Below, one piece after another: positions 1-10,295 of a stretch of DNA of 64,000 bases. Each line of letters starts with the position of its first letter. Position 1 is the stretch's first letter. Position numbers and translations under genes: made by a program. Origin of the DNA: a virus; the UHGV virus genome UHGV-1370579; one strand, written 5' to 3'. The notes beneath the pieces were generated by a model. The model saw only the letters and a list, made by a program, of their open reading frames with translations, made no database searches and was not told where the DNA came from.

Positions 1-338
1 ATTACTTCCCACTTTCCGCTCGTTACTTTATTAATAACTCCTGCATAATGGTATAGACATGAAATGGTTTTAGTTAACATTTCATGATTTCCAGTAAAGA
101 TTTTGCCTGGATGGTCAAGTCTTGACATGAACTGTTCAAGCAGTTCTATTTCTTCTGACGACGGGTCGGCAACATCAAGTATATCACCACCAGCAATATG
201 AAGATCACAGTTATGATTATGGAATATATCATTTAACCGTTCTCCTAGCATCAGGAAGCGACGCTTCTGCCATTCCTTTGGAATTTTATCTTGTCCTAGT
301 TTGATATGATGATCAGCACTAAATAATATTCTCATTGG
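1..338 (-). CDS. SbcD/Mre11-like metallophosphoesterase nuclease subunit, N-terminal part; the gene continues off the left edge of the window
   Basis: The reverse-complement translation begins MRILFSADHHIKLGQDK...DLHIAGGDILD...GNHEM. These are the calcineurin-like phosphoesterase motifs found in SbcD. The position after the D11-like gene matches T5 D12. Confidence 0.6.
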
Positions 339-340
339 TT

Positions 341-364
341 AAAAAGAAAGGGGCCGAAGCCCCT
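341..364 (-). terminator. rho-independent terminator between the D11-like and SbcD-like genes
   Basis: There is a perfect hairpin aggggccgaagcccct. It is followed on the minus strand by TTTCTTTTT. Confidence 0.6.
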
Positions 365-371
365 CTATTTA

Positions 372-1145
372 TTAGTCATCCAGATCGCTTGCAGCTTCGT
401 GGTCAATACCTTTCTGGGAACCAGCATTGCTGTTACCAGATTTGGCATCATCATCTTTATTCTCACGACCTTCCATGAAGGCTTGAATTGCTTCTTTCTG
501 CTCTTCATAGGTAGGAACCGGATAGGTTTGTTCCAGAGAAGGAACTTTTTCGAACTTAATGATGTCGCCATCTTCGTCACACATAGCTTCACCAATCAGA
601 TCTACATCCGCAGCATATTGCTTAGATTCTGCACTGTTAGGATCTTGCAGCTTAATCTGGAACTGCATAGCAGCAATCTGTTGTACATCATACTCAGTAT
701 CGAAACCTTTGCCTTTTTTCTCGATAGAAATATCAATATCAAACGGAGTTGCCAGATTCAACTGCTTCATGATAGACTGGATGCCTTTCAGAATAGTAGC
801 TTTGACTTCCATTACTTTCAGTTTGTTATCAGAACGGTCGATAACAAAAGCGATATAGTTTTTCTTCGGTTTCAGCGGAACACGATTGCCATCTTTATCC
901 AGCTCTTTCTCAAAGAAGCCCATCTCATGGACCGGATCAGCTTTACCACGAACAAAACTCTCTTTGTCGCGGTTAAAACGGAGACATTCGAAAGGAGCTA
1001 CGCTACCCTCTTTATTAGTCAGCCAATAGACATAACGTGGAAGAACACCAGAAACGATACGAACACGAGTGATACCGTTGTTGAACTTCAGGAATTCGAT
1101 TTTATCGTTAGAACCGCCAGTAGTTTCGCCCCAAGACTTAGCCAT
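372..1145 (-). CDS. hypothetical replication-module protein (in the T5 D11 position)
   Basis: This is a 257-aa ORF in the minus-strand operon between the SF2 helicase and the SbcD-like gene. I recognise no motif. Confidence 0.55.
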   Translation of the reverse strand: MAKSWGETTGGSNDKIEFLKFNNGITRVRIVSGVLPRYVYWLTNKEGSVAPFECLRFNRDKESFVRGKADPVHEMGFFEKELDKDGNRVPLKPKKNYIAFVIDRSDNKLKVMEVKATILKGIQSIMKQLNLATPFDIDISIEKKGKGFDTEYDVQQIAAMQFQIKLQDPNSAESKQYAADVDLIGEAMCDEDGDIIKFEKVPSLEQTYPVPTYEEQKEAIQAFMEGRENKDDDAKSGNSNAGSQKGIDHEAASDLDD

Positions 1146-1422
1146 ATTTTATTTCCTCTTTAAAGATTAATTTCGATTTGTTAATTGCGATTAGTGGGTT
1201 AGTGTCGATTACTAAACGTGGTATCCATACTGGAACATATTGTATGTCCAAACTAGGATCGTTTGTAAACTTGTATTCGGCATAATTTCGTAGACTTAAA
1301 ATTCCTAGATATTCTGCCAGTTGTCTATTAGACAATTTATTTGGATTATCAACTATTGTTGATTCATTCAAAATGAATGAGGAACCGACCAGTAATTGGT
1401 GAGCATCAGGCTCTGTAAGCAT
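1138..1422 (-). CDS. hypothetical protein
   Basis: This is a 94-aa ORF downstream of the tandem promoters at 1530-1660. Confidence 0.4.
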   Translation of the reverse strand: MLTEPDAHQLLVGSSFILNESTIVDNPNKLSNRQLAEYLGILSLRNYAEYKFTNDPSLDIQYVPVWIPRLVIDTNPLIAINKSKLIFKEEIKYG

Positions 1423-1529
1423 TCTTTTGAATAGCTTAATAATTAAGTCGGAATTTCCTCTAGCTAGTAAGTATAGCTTTTCATAATCGAAGAATTTAAT
1501 TTTTGTTTTCTCCTCGAATTTATGTATAT

Positions 1530-1559
1530 ATTATACTAGATTTCGAGAGAATTTAGCAA
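1530..1559 (-). promoter_or_regulatory. sigma70-type promoter: TTGCTA -35, 18-nt spacer, TATAAT, then a CATAAATTCGAGGAG box
   Basis: Read on the minus strand, the sequence is aaaattttagTTGCTAaattctctcgaaatctagTATAATatatacataaattcgaggag. Confidence 0.6.
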
Positions 1560-1631
1560 CTAAAATTTTTATTTTTCTGCTTCGGACTTTCTTATCAATC
1601 CGAAACTTTCTCTCTCAAATTTATGTATATA

Positions 1632-1660
1632 TTATACATCATTTATGAGCTGTTGCCAAA
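1632..1660 (-). promoter_or_regulatory. second tandem promoter (TTGGCA, 17 nt, TATAAT) overlapping the 3' end of the helicase gene
   Basis: Read on the minus strand, the sequence is TTGGCAacagctcataaatgatgTATAATatatacataaatttgagagag. It contains a 25-bp near-identical direct repeat of the promoter at 1511-1535. Confidence 0.55.
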
Positions 1661-2995
1661 TGCAATTTTAGCTAATTGAACTGCTTTCTCCGGAGTCATA
1701 GTAATAGTTTTCCACCCGTTGTTACGATATACTGCCATACGTCCAGAAGCCTGTCTTAGTCCAGTACCACCTTTCATGATTAGATCTACAACAATAGGGT
1801 CAAGTTTACCATCGACAATACGTTGAACACGGCCTGCAAGCTGTTCAATGAGAGATTCATTATTAATAAGGCTTCCCATTATTAAACAAGATAGTTCATT
1901 AAGGGAAATACCTTCAGAGAAGATACTTTGAGCTGCTGCAAGTACACAAGGCCCACCTTTTGCTATATCTTCCTGAATTTTTAATCGGTCATCTAAGTGG
2001 GTTGCCCCTATAATTTCATATGTTGTAACACCCCGCTGCGTAAGAGCTTCTAGTACTGTTTGGATTAACTCTGTTCTATCACTTACAATGAGTACTTTAT
2101 GTCCCATATTCACATATAAATGTGCTAGGTTTATAATAGTCTCTCGATATTCAGGATGATTATACACATCGTTAGCACGTAATGCCCACGGCACGTTTTG
2201 GTTTCCTGATAGCTCAACAGGCACGGAGTACCTATGGATTGTAGGTGCAACAGTATTATTAACTGGAGGACTAAAGATTTTATACCCAAAGAAATCTTTG
2301 AACATAACTTGCAAACCATCTTTTCGTTTTAGTGTACCGGATAGTCCAATTTTATAGCGAGCACATGATATTTCTAGGAAGTTAGTGAAAGTTGTAGCTA
2401 CACAATGGTGAACTTCATCAACTATAACAGTACCGAATACTTTAGAAAGATTATTCGCATGTTTATTCACTGTTTGAATATTACTGACTACAATTGGTGG
2501 ATCAATATTGTATTTCCCAGAACCTATGATGCCTGGTTCAAACCCAAACCATTTACGAACTTCTGCTGCCCACATTTCACGAATGGATGTATTCGTACAG
2601 ATTACCAAAGTTTTCTGGCCAAATTTATACGCAAGTGCAAGTGCTAGGATAGTTTTACCAAATCCAGGCTTACCATTAATAATACAGGTATCATCGCATT
2701 CTTCGTATATTGGAAGCTGATCTTCTTCACGCAGCTTGAACTTAGGTTTTGGTATATCTACCGGAGCTAATGTGCGTTTATCGACTAATTCGTATTTTAC
2801 TCCTTTAGCATCTAGTAAGTCCAGACGCGTAATAGGGATCCACTTAATCTCTTTGGCAACAACACCACTATTCTTATACATAATAGGGTATTTACTAGTC
2901 ATTGTCTCTATGTGATAAGTGGTTTGCTTACTACAATAATCCCAAAGTTCATCATCGGGCTTGAAATAGGCTTTATTAGATATAACAACCTTCAT
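1643..2995 (-). CDS. SF2 (DExH-box) DNA helicase, T5 D10-like
   Basis: The Walker A motif is GKPGFGKT and the DExH motif is VIVDEVHH. Motif VI is QLAGRVQR. Confidence 0.85.
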   Translation of the reverse strand: MKVVISNKAYFKPDDELWDYCSKQTTYHIETMTSKYPIMYKNSGVVAKEIKWIPITRLDLLDAKGVKYELVDKRTLAPVDIPKPKFKLREEDQLPIYEECDDTCIINGKPGFGKTILALALAYKFGQKTLVICTNTSIREMWAAEVRKWFGFEPGIIGSGKYNIDPPIVVSNIQTVNKHANNLSKVFGTVIVDEVHHCVATTFTNFLEISCARYKIGLSGTLKRKDGLQVMFKDFFGYKIFSPPVNNTVAPTIHRYSVPVELSGNQNVPWALRANDVYNHPEYRETIINLAHLYVNMGHKVLIVSDRTELIQTVLEALTQRGVTTYEIIGATHLDDRLKIQEDIAKGGPCVLAAAQSIFSEGISLNELSCLIMGSLINNESLIEQLAGRVQRIVDGKLDPIVVDLIMKGGTGLRQASGRMAVYRNNGWKTITMTPEKAVQLAKIAFGNSS

Positions 2996-3489
2996 AATTT
3001 TATTCTAAGTCTAGGAATTTCAGGCTCCTCTTGATGGACTTGGTAAATAACAGGGCTATTATTTACCAGAATATAGCTTATATAAGCTGGAACATAGGAT
3101 AATACAAATGGATAAGGGACTTTAGCCACATAGCATTGGTATTTTCCATTATAAATTCTAGCCGAATGCAAAACTTTAGAGGTGACAACATCATAGAACG
3201 TAGTTTTCTTCCAATTAATAAGATTTCCATCAGAATCTATAAATTGGTTACGCTTTGACCCAACTAATTGAGACAACATTGATATTCTACCCCTAATAGG
3301 ATAGAGCTTGTATGGTAATTCTTTCCGTTTCTCAAATAGAATAAGCCTACGTTGAGAAAACGTGCCAGGCAACTTCCTGTTATCTAGCACATATTTATTA
3401 TATCTTGTTGTAATTACGGAATAATCACCTTCTTGCTCAATTGATACAAACGCCCGTAACGCATAGACGGGCAATTTGAAATTAAGCAC
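2992..3489 (-). CDS. hypothetical protein
   Basis: This is a 165-aa ORF. Its start and stop overlap the flanking pol and helicase genes, which suggests translational coupling. Confidence 0.5.
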   Translation of the reverse strand: MLNFKLPVYALRAFVSIEQEGDYSVITTRYNKYVLDNRKLPGTFSQRRLILFEKRKELPYKLYPIRGRISMLSQLVGSKRNQFIDSDGNLINWKKTTFYDVVTSKVLHSARIYNGKYQCYVAKVPYPFVLSYVPAYISYILVNNSPVIYQVHQEEPEIPRLRIKL

Positions 3490-6049
3490 CGAGAATCCTT
3501 TTCACGTTATCCAGATCTTTACATACAGCAATAAACTTATCCTCCTTGTACTTGCTGTGATCTGGATGCTCTTTATCCATTGCAGCTAATTTCTTATACT
3601 CGAAATCTGCATCAAGTAGCATTTCTTTAACGTAACGAGTATATTCGTCATCATCAATACAAGCAATTGATGGGTGCTGTTTCTTCATCTTACCACAAGA
3701 ATAGTCACGAGAACCTCCAGCTTCAGAATCTGAATCAATACCAATCGGACAGCCAGGAATACTGATACCACGGTCTTTCTGAATATTACGAATCAGAAGT
3801 TCATTGTATTGGTCAATCAAATCCTCACGAACAATAGCAACTACGGAGTCATGAACCAGCATAACAATCTTCATCTCTTGTTCTAAGCCAAGAGAAATGA
3901 TCTCATTATCTGCATCTACAGCACCTAAAAGGAGACTATCCGAAGAAGCAGACTGAATGATTGCGTTAAATCCAGAACGAATTTCTTCACCCTGAACGCC
4001 ACGGTCTTCGGAGTGGATATTATGTAGACGACGTTTACGCCCAAAGTGACTATAGATAAATCCATGATTCTTGATCTGATCGTGGCACTTATCAATCCAA
4101 CGCTTAAGCTGTGGGAATTGACCAAAGTAAGTCTCAATGTACTCTTTAGCATCTGCAACGGTACATTCAACAAACGGTTCTCCAGTTTTGGCTGCTTGTT
4201 CGAGCAATGCTTCGTTAACAGAATGTGCTACTTTAGCCGGGCCAGAACCATACAAAATACCAAAGGTAATTGCCTTAGCTGCCTGACGTAGAGCTGGGAA
4301 CAGCTTCTTAACATCACGAGGTTCACATTGCAATTTAAATACCATGTGGGCGATGTTAGAGTGGAAGTCAGGGTATTTATCAGGTTCATTTCTCATGTTG
4401 ATAAATACTTGTTGCATATTTCTATCACCAGATAGAACAGCAGCATAATAAACTTCCGCAGTTGTTAAGTCCCATGCGATTACACGGTATCCAGGTGGTG
4501 CAACTACACAACCCTTAATGATAGACTCATCACGAGGTAACTGTTGCAGGTTCAGTTTACCAGAAGAACTTAGACGACCAGAAGTAGTCATGTGTTCGTG
4601 GAAACCAGTACGAATGCAACCATCTGCATCAATACTCAGAAGAATCTTCTCAACATAAGTAGAGATTAGCTTAGTCAGCTTACGAATCTCTAGCAGAGTT
4701 TTAGCAATTGGATGCTGCGTAGCCAGTTCATTCAGAGCTTCTGCATCCGTAGAATCTGCACCAGTATCTGTTAATTTACCGGTTGGAGTCAAACCAACAT
4801 AATCGAACAGAAGAACACGAAGTTGCTTAACAGAGTTCGGGTTAAATGCTTCATTCTGATCTTGTTCTAGCTGTTTAACTTCTGGATAAGTGTACAGTTT
4901 CTCGCGGGCTTTATTCAAATTATGAGTCAATTGATACTGAGCTTCTTTCAAACGATCAATAGAGATAGGTACTCCACGATCCTCAACACGTTGCAAGAAT
5001 ACGCAACCAGGCATCAAAACATCATAGTACAGACTGCAAAGTTTTTCATTCTTCTCAATTTTTGGTAAAAAGAAGTTGTGTAAACGTAGGGTAGCATCTG
5101 TATCTTTCGCAGCATACGGCCACATAATATCAAATGGAATTAAATCATAGGTGAAATCTTCTTTCTTGATTTTATGTGCTTTGCAGTAATCATCTTTGAA
5201 CTTATCTAGTTCGAAGTCATAGTCACCCATATCGGTATACTTCATTGCTAGAGATTTCAAGCCATGAGTACCACGACGTTCATCTAGAACATAATGCTGC
5301 AACATGGTATCATGGAGCCTGCGTTCTTTATGTGCTTTATCAAAAGTAAGTCCCAGATGGTACTTATAAAAGTGCATATCAAACTTCAAGTTGTGAAAAA
5401 CAATAGTGTGGTTTTCACTATCCAGAATTTTCTGGAGGTAATATACTGCAACCTCTGTGAGACAATCAGAATCAATGTATACACCCTGATACTCTTGGTG
5501 AGACATAGAAACACCAAGCAGATAACCATCTCGACAGTATAGTGCTGAGGTTTCGGAGTCGAATGCGACAGGTCCGATAACCATATTATACACCATCTTG
5601 ATATATTCTTCCGCCTCATCAGGGTCAGTAATAGGACGGTAATCACCAGCTTTTGCAATCTTCTCACGACCATTGATAATATCGTGGATATTCTCTACTG
5701 TTGCATCAAAAACTGGTTTCATTTCAGGTTTAAAGTGTAGCTGGGCTGGGCTGATACTCGCAATCCAGTTAGCATATCCATTATACTCTACACGTTTACC
5801 GGTATAATCACCAATGCCTTTCTTACCTGCAAAGTACAGGAAAGGTTCGGCACCTACCAGTATAACAAAATCATAATCATTCGGGTCAAATGGGTTTTCC
5901 GGAGTCCCTATAGTAATATGCTTTTTGAGCAAACGACCGGATAACTTCTCGTTACACATATGGAATACATCAACTTCCTCACCGTATAGCTGGAAATGTT
6001 TATCATAACGAGTGTTATTTAGAGCTTTATCAACTACTGCGATTTTCAA
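3482..6049 (-). CDS. DNA polymerase, family A, with an N-terminal 3'-5' exonuclease domain (855 aa, the same length as T5 Pol)
   Basis: Motif B is RQAAKAITFGILYG and motif C is LVHDS. Exonuclease acidic motifs are present. Confidence 0.9.
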   Translation of the reverse strand: MKIAVVDKALNNTRYDKHFQLYGEEVDVFHMCNEKLSGRLLKKHITIGTPENPFDPNDYDFVILVGAEPFLYFAGKKGIGDYTGKRVEYNGYANWIASISPAQLHFKPEMKPVFDATVENIHDIINGREKIAKAGDYRPITDPDEAEEYIKMVYNMVIGPVAFDSETSALYCRDGYLLGVSMSHQEYQGVYIDSDCLTEVAVYYLQKILDSENHTIVFHNLKFDMHFYKYHLGLTFDKAHKERRLHDTMLQHYVLDERRGTHGLKSLAMKYTDMGDYDFELDKFKDDYCKAHKIKKEDFTYDLIPFDIMWPYAAKDTDATLRLHNFFLPKIEKNEKLCSLYYDVLMPGCVFLQRVEDRGVPISIDRLKEAQYQLTHNLNKAREKLYTYPEVKQLEQDQNEAFNPNSVKQLRVLLFDYVGLTPTGKLTDTGADSTDAEALNELATQHPIAKTLLEIRKLTKLISTYVEKILLSIDADGCIRTGFHEHMTTSGRLSSSGKLNLQQLPRDESIIKGCVVAPPGYRVIAWDLTTAEVYYAAVLSGDRNMQQVFINMRNEPDKYPDFHSNIAHMVFKLQCEPRDVKKLFPALRQAAKAITFGILYGSGPAKVAHSVNEALLEQAAKTGEPFVECTVADAKEYIETYFGQFPQLKRWIDKCHDQIKNHGFIYSHFGRKRRLHNIHSEDRGVQGEEIRSGFNAIIQSASSDSLLLGAVDADNEIISLGLEQEMKIVMLVHDSVVAIVREDLIDQYNELLIRNIQKDRGISIPGCPIGIDSDSEAGGSRDYSCGKMKKQHPSIACIDDDEYTRYVKEMLLDADFEYKKLAAMDKEHPDHSKYKEDKFIAVCKDLDNVKRILGA

Positions 6050-6111
6050 ATTTAATCTCCTCTTGGTAAGTAAGTATAACTTCAGTGTTTCTTCTCTAAC
6101 TTACCAATATA

Positions 6112-7002
6112 TTATACCAAATCTTTAAGCGATTCAGCAACTAAAATTTCAATACGTTTTGCTAACATATCAATCTCTTCTTTATTTAAGTCACCAGGGT
6201 CTTTACCTTCAGGAAGAAGAAAGTTAGCAACTACAGGCGTTAAACGCGTTTTTGTACGGATTAGCTTAGCCAGTGCTTGCGCAGCTTTATTACCGGAAGC
6301 ATCATTATCTAGTAAGATAACAACAACTTTTACACCGGCAATAATATAAGGACTGAACTTATCTGCAATGTTATCCGAAGTAAACTGATGTGTACCAAAG
6401 CAACAAGAAGCATAGTCTATACCATTATCCTCTAGGTTCAGCATATCAAAGATGCCTTCAACTAGAATAAGGACTGGAGTATTATATCGTACAGGAAAAA
6501 TTGGCGGTGAAACTTGTTTTGGTTTTACTAAGTATTTAGGAGGGGCAGAACTGTTTATAGAACGACCCAAAAATAGGATATTGCGTCCAACAGCATCTGT
6601 GATTGGGAATACAATTCTGCCTTCCCAGTCTGCTTGGTGTTGGAAAGCAAAATATTTCTTCAAGGTCTTAGAACTTATACCTCGGAAATCACCTTCGAAA
6701 AGGCAAGCAGATTCAGGAATTGCAAGATTCGTTGATCCATTCCTAATCTCTGAAATCTTTTTACGTACTTGCGATAGCCTTGGGGACTGTCGGTACTGAG
6801 TCTCATTAAAATAATGGTAAATGCTCGGTATACCTTTACCGAAGCCACAACTCAAGCAGTGCATAATACCTGTTTCAGGGTCAATACGCAAACTTGGGTG
6901 TTTATCGTCATGATCTGGATTGAGACAACAGATGAGGATGTCCCCACCTGTGTCTTTATATTCAATGCCTTTCAGATCAAGTAGTTCTGTTATTCTACTC
7001 AT
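6112..7002 (-). CDS. DNA primase (CHC2 zinc finger plus Toprim)
   Basis: The zinc-binding segment is CLNPDHDDKHPSLRI...HCLSCGFG. Toprim acidic clusters are EGIFDML and LLDNDASG. Confidence 0.8.
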   Translation of the reverse strand: MSRITELLDLKGIEYKDTGGDILICCLNPDHDDKHPSLRIDPETGIMHCLSCGFGKGIPSIYHYFNETQYRQSPRLSQVRKKISEIRNGSTNLAIPESACLFEGDFRGISSKTLKKYFAFQHQADWEGRIVFPITDAVGRNILFLGRSINSSAPPKYLVKPKQVSPPIFPVRYNTPVLILVEGIFDMLNLEDNGIDYASCCFGTHQFTSDNIADKFSPYIIAGVKVVVILLDNDASGNKAAQALAKLIRTKTRLTPVVANFLLPEGKDPGDLNKEEIDMLAKRIEILVAESLKDLV

Positions 7003-8522
7003 ATATCGCTGGCCTGTTCACCTGTTGAATTTTCAGCTTTGTCTTTCTTAGCACGTTTAGATTGAGCCGGCTTATCCTTCTCAATAGGGATAACGAACTC
7101 AGCTTCCATTTGAGATATATCTTCCATTGCTAGGTTGGTAGTGTTATCCATCCGCAGGGTTTCCCAGTTCATTTTAGGCATAAACTTCACGCTATCAGAA
7201 GAACGAGTCTTAACGAAGTCAAACATAATAGCACCTTGACCATTATCAGCTTTTGCAGCATTAAGATTAGCAGCCATGTCTGCGGAATCAAGAATCCCCT
7301 TTGACATACGTGTTCTACCATCTTGATCAATCTGGTAAGGAGCTACACCAGCCACGTTATGTTTCTGGCAGATAGATTTGAAAGACGAGCTAACAACCAT
7401 CTGTTCTTTCCAGTCATACATATCAATGGTTTTAGAGTCTGGAAGTCGGGTTTGGTTAATATAGTCCAGTAAGGCTACTGTAACTTTATCCCCATATCTA
7501 GCAACTAATTTATTTAATTCTACGTCAACTGTTGTAATAGACAGCTCAGGATCATAAACAATAATCATAGGAGTATGTAGTTCATACCCTTCTATTAGCT
7601 TACTTTCCATATCGTAGAAATCACTCATCTTAGCCATTGTGTACTGTTTAACGAAGTTATCGAAAAGCTCTTCACCACCATTAAACATCCTAGCTCTAGT
7701 TCTGGCTAATCTCAATAGAGCTGCGCCTTCTAGAGTATTATTACGCATTGCTAGTGCTGATACACCAGCTAACATGGCTAGATTACGTCTAAATACTTCA
7801 TGTTCTTTCATCTCAATTGAGAAGTATGGAGCAATATCCCCATTCAAATATTGCTGAACCTGTATGTTTGAACAGATAATGGATTTACCAGTACCACGCC
7901 AACCACCAAGCAGTAACGTTTCTGTGCGAGCTAAACCGATTTGAGCGTCGAACTCATTACAAATACCAAGAGCGATTAAGTTCAGTTTGGTATCTTCTTC
8001 TCTCTGGAAAATACGCATGTTATCTGCGTTGAATACTTTTCCAGTATTCGTTACTTTCTCTTCTAATTTTAAGTGAAGGGAGGCAACTCGGTTAAGAATT
8101 TCTCCCTGATCCAGCATTGTTAAATCTTGAAGCACGTCTGTTTCTAGAAGCTTCAGGAATAAATCCTGTGTATACTCGGCCTCTAGGACTTCAAGTGCCT
8201 GTTCCATGCTAACTTCTGGAATTTGAGTGTTAGCTAAAACGACTAGAGCTTGAGAAAGGCGGGCGTTCCTATTAGCCTCAAGCATCAGTGCGTCAATGGA
8301 CGGCATTGTGTTATATTTTTTATAATAATTCTGGACGGCTTGGTAAATTGAGGAGAAAGCGTCATTAAAATGATCTTTATGCAGTTTTGAGAATGTTTCC
8401 AATGCTATTTGCTTCTGTTCGGAAGCTAGAAGCATCTTCAACACTACAGCTTGCACGTTAAACAAGGTCATTCTCCTTTGCACGCTTTCGTGCCTTCTAA
8501 ATGCAAAAAGGGGAAGGAGCAT
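6999..8522 (-). CDS. DnaB-like/RecA-fold replicative helicase. The true start is probably an internal Met near 8470
   Basis: The P-loop is GGWRGTGKS. The start overlaps the primase stop. The annotated N-terminal 17 aa look like a read-through artefact. Confidence 0.7.
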   Translation of the reverse strand: MLLPLFAFRRHESVQRRMTLFNVQAVVLKMLLASEQKQIALETFSKLHKDHFNDAFSSIYQAVQNYYKKYNTMPSIDALMLEANRNARLSQALVVLANTQIPEVSMEQALEVLEAEYTQDLFLKLLETDVLQDLTMLDQGEILNRVASLHLKLEEKVTNTGKVFNADNMRIFQREEDTKLNLIALGICNEFDAQIGLARTETLLLGGWRGTGKSIICSNIQVQQYLNGDIAPYFSIEMKEHEVFRRNLAMLAGVSALAMRNNTLEGAALLRLARTRARMFNGGEELFDNFVKQYTMAKMSDFYDMESKLIEGYELHTPMIIVYDPELSITTVDVELNKLVARYGDKVTVALLDYINQTRLPDSKTIDMYDWKEQMVVSSSFKSICQKHNVAGVAPYQIDQDGRTRMSKGILDSADMAANLNAAKADNGQGAIMFDFVKTRSSDSVKFMPKMNWETLRMDNTTNLAMEDISQMEAEFVIPIEKDKPAQSKRAKKDKAENSTGEQASDI

Positions 8523-8535
8523 AGCCCCCTCCCCT
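8505..8535 (-). terminator. rho-independent terminator
   Basis: Read on the minus strand, the hairpin is aaggggagggggctatgctccttcccc. It is followed by TTTTT. Confidence 0.55.
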
Positions 8536-8553
8536 TAGGTTTAATTTACCAGA

Positions 8554-9321
8554 TTATTCAGCAGCCGCAGCTTTTGCATCCAGTTTAGCACGCTTAGCGG
8601 CACCATCATAGTCCTTAGCAACCAGACCACGACGAGACAGCATAGATTTAACACCACGCTCAGACTTACCAGTTTTCTCAGCGATCTCAGCAACAGTCAT
8701 GTTAACCAGATCCAGACCTTCTAACAGATCTTCACGAGTTTTAGCACTTGAAGTTTCCTGTACCGGCATAGCAGCAATACGACCTTCACGAAGCAGGCTC
8801 AGAGCTTTACCACGGATCTGCTTAATATTGCGACCGAAGTGAGCAGCGATAGCTTCAATAGTAGCACCAGCAACAACCTGATTAACAAAATCAGTTTCTT
8901 CATCCGGAGTGAAGGAACGAACAGCAGCAGCTTTTTCGGTTGGCTTAACAGAAGCGGTCATTTCCAGACTCAGGATCTTACCCTGTACCTGTTTAGCACC
9001 GAACTGACCACCAGCTACAGCAGCAGCGATTTCAGCATAGGTATACTGACCAGCATGAGCGTTCAGGAAATCAACCAGTTCAGCTTCCTGCTCAGGAGTC
9101 CACGGGGATTTCTGTACTTCGTTAGCTTTCTGTACTTCAAAACCTTCTTTACGCAGTTTAGAGCCAACAGAGCGAGCGGTAACATCTTTGCCAGTTTCAG
9201 CGGCCAGTTCAGCAGCGATAGCAGCTACTTGTTCTTGAGAGATTACAGCAACACCCAGAGCAGTGGCTTTTGCTTTCAGAGACTCGGTTACACCTTCTAC
9301 GTTCCAGTTCAGTTTAGACAT
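8554..9321 (-). CDS. Ala-rich putative DNA-binding protein with two internal repeats (possibly T5 D5-like)
   Basis: The 255-aa product contains two repeated modules: PWTPEQEAELVDFLN... and FTPDEETDFVNQV...GKALSL. The same module occurs in the ORF at 12048-12458. Confidence 0.5.
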   Translation of the reverse strand: MSKLNWNVEGVTESLKAKATALGVAVISQEQVAAIAAELAAETGKDVTARSVGSKLRKEGFEVQKANEVQKSPWTPEQEAELVDFLNAHAGQYTYAEIAAAVAGGQFGAKQVQGKILSLEMTASVKPTEKAAAVRSFTPDEETDFVNQVVAGATIEAIAAHFGRNIKQIRGKALSLLREGRIAAMPVQETSSAKTREDLLEGLDLVNMTVAEIAEKTGKSERGVKSMLSRRGLVAKDYDGAAKRAKLDAKAAAAE

Positions 9322-10096
9322 TATTATTTTTCTCCAATAGTTCTTTAATCGACAGGATTTCTATCCCATTCGTTTCGGCTTTCTTATAAGATGAGGAAGA
9401 ACGCTTAGATTCATCCTCACAGATTAGGTATTTAACGTCTTTGGTAACTGATTTTTTAACAGTATACCCTAGACCTTCTAAATAGTTTGTTGCATCCGTT
9501 CTATTTGCAAAATCTTGCAAAGATCCGGTAATACATACCGTTATTCCGTTTGGTTGGGCTACTAGACCATCAGTAATGATGACCTCAGCTTTAGCACCTT
9601 TAATACCAGTTGTGAATTTCCACGGTAATTCGATAACATCCTTGCCTTGTGGGGAATTTAGCCAGGCTTTATAATTTTCTCCAGCTTTGCCATCAGCTCT
9701 CACATCTTGAAAACTGGTGCAATTTTGGGACAATTTCTTTGCTGCAACCTCCCCAATTAGAGGGATTCCTAAAGAACCGAGAACTGAACCAAAGTCAATG
9801 TCTCCGCGAACTTTAGTATTTAATTCGCTAATTAATTTAGCGGCAACCTTGCTACCCACTGCTCTAACCAAATCTTCTTCGGTTAGGTAAAATAGTTCTG
9901 AAATCTTCGTCAGCTCCAGCTTCTCAATAGTTTTCGGGCCAAAACCCTTTAACTTCATTTTTGTACAGAAGTTCTCAATTAACTTACTTGATTGCGCTGG
10001 ACAGTTGGACTTATTACGACAGAATAATTGTCCGTTGACAAGATCTAGCTTAGAACCACAAGAGGGACATTGTGTTGGAATTTCGATTTTCATCAA
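9314..10096 (-). CDS. ligB: NAD-dependent DNA ligase, C-terminal subunit (Zn finger, HhH, BRCT)
   Basis: A C4 zinc finger CPSCGSKL...C..C is followed by helix-hairpin-helix and BRCT-like segments. It is a separate ORF from the adenylation domain. Confidence 0.8.
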   Translation of the reverse strand: MMKIEIPTQCPSCGSKLDLVNGQLFCRNKSNCPAQSSKLIENFCTKMKLKGFGPKTIEKLELTKISELFYLTEEDLVRAVGSKVAAKLISELNTKVRGDIDFGSVLGSLGIPLIGEVAAKKLSQNCTSFQDVRADGKAGENYKAWLNSPQGKDVIELPWKFTTGIKGAKAEVIITDGLVAQPNGITVCITGSLQDFANRTDATNYLEGLGYTVKKSVTKDVKYLICEDESKRSSSSYKKAETNGIEILSIKELLEKNNNV

Positions 10097-10123
10097 ATTT
10101 CTTCCTTATCAATTTATATAAAT

Positions 10124-10152
10124 ATTATAGCAAGTATTTAAGCATTTAGCAA
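10124..10152 (-). promoter_or_regulatory. stereotyped phage promoter (TTGCTA, 17 nt, TATAAT) driving ligB
   Basis: Read on the minus strand, the sequence is gtagTTGCTAaatgcttaaatacttgcTATAATatttatataaattgataaggaag ATG. Confidence 0.65.
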
Positions 10153-10295
10153 CTACAATTTTAACTAACTTTGCTTACCCTCGCCATAACTTTCTATCCC
10201 TCAACTGAATGATAATAGTATATACCTAAGCGGCGAAAATGTCAATAACCACTTTATAATTCCGATATGGTAGATGGGTAGCAAAGGGTTATGTA

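Noticed and set aside
399-1163. A 254-aa plus-strand ORF, and a second plus-strand ORF at 559-858, both antisense to the D11-like gene.
   Set aside because: Both are fully embedded antisense within a minus-strand operon. Their products are low-complexity and hydrophobic, and they have no SD sequence or promoter. They look like typical shadow ORFs of an AT-rich gene.
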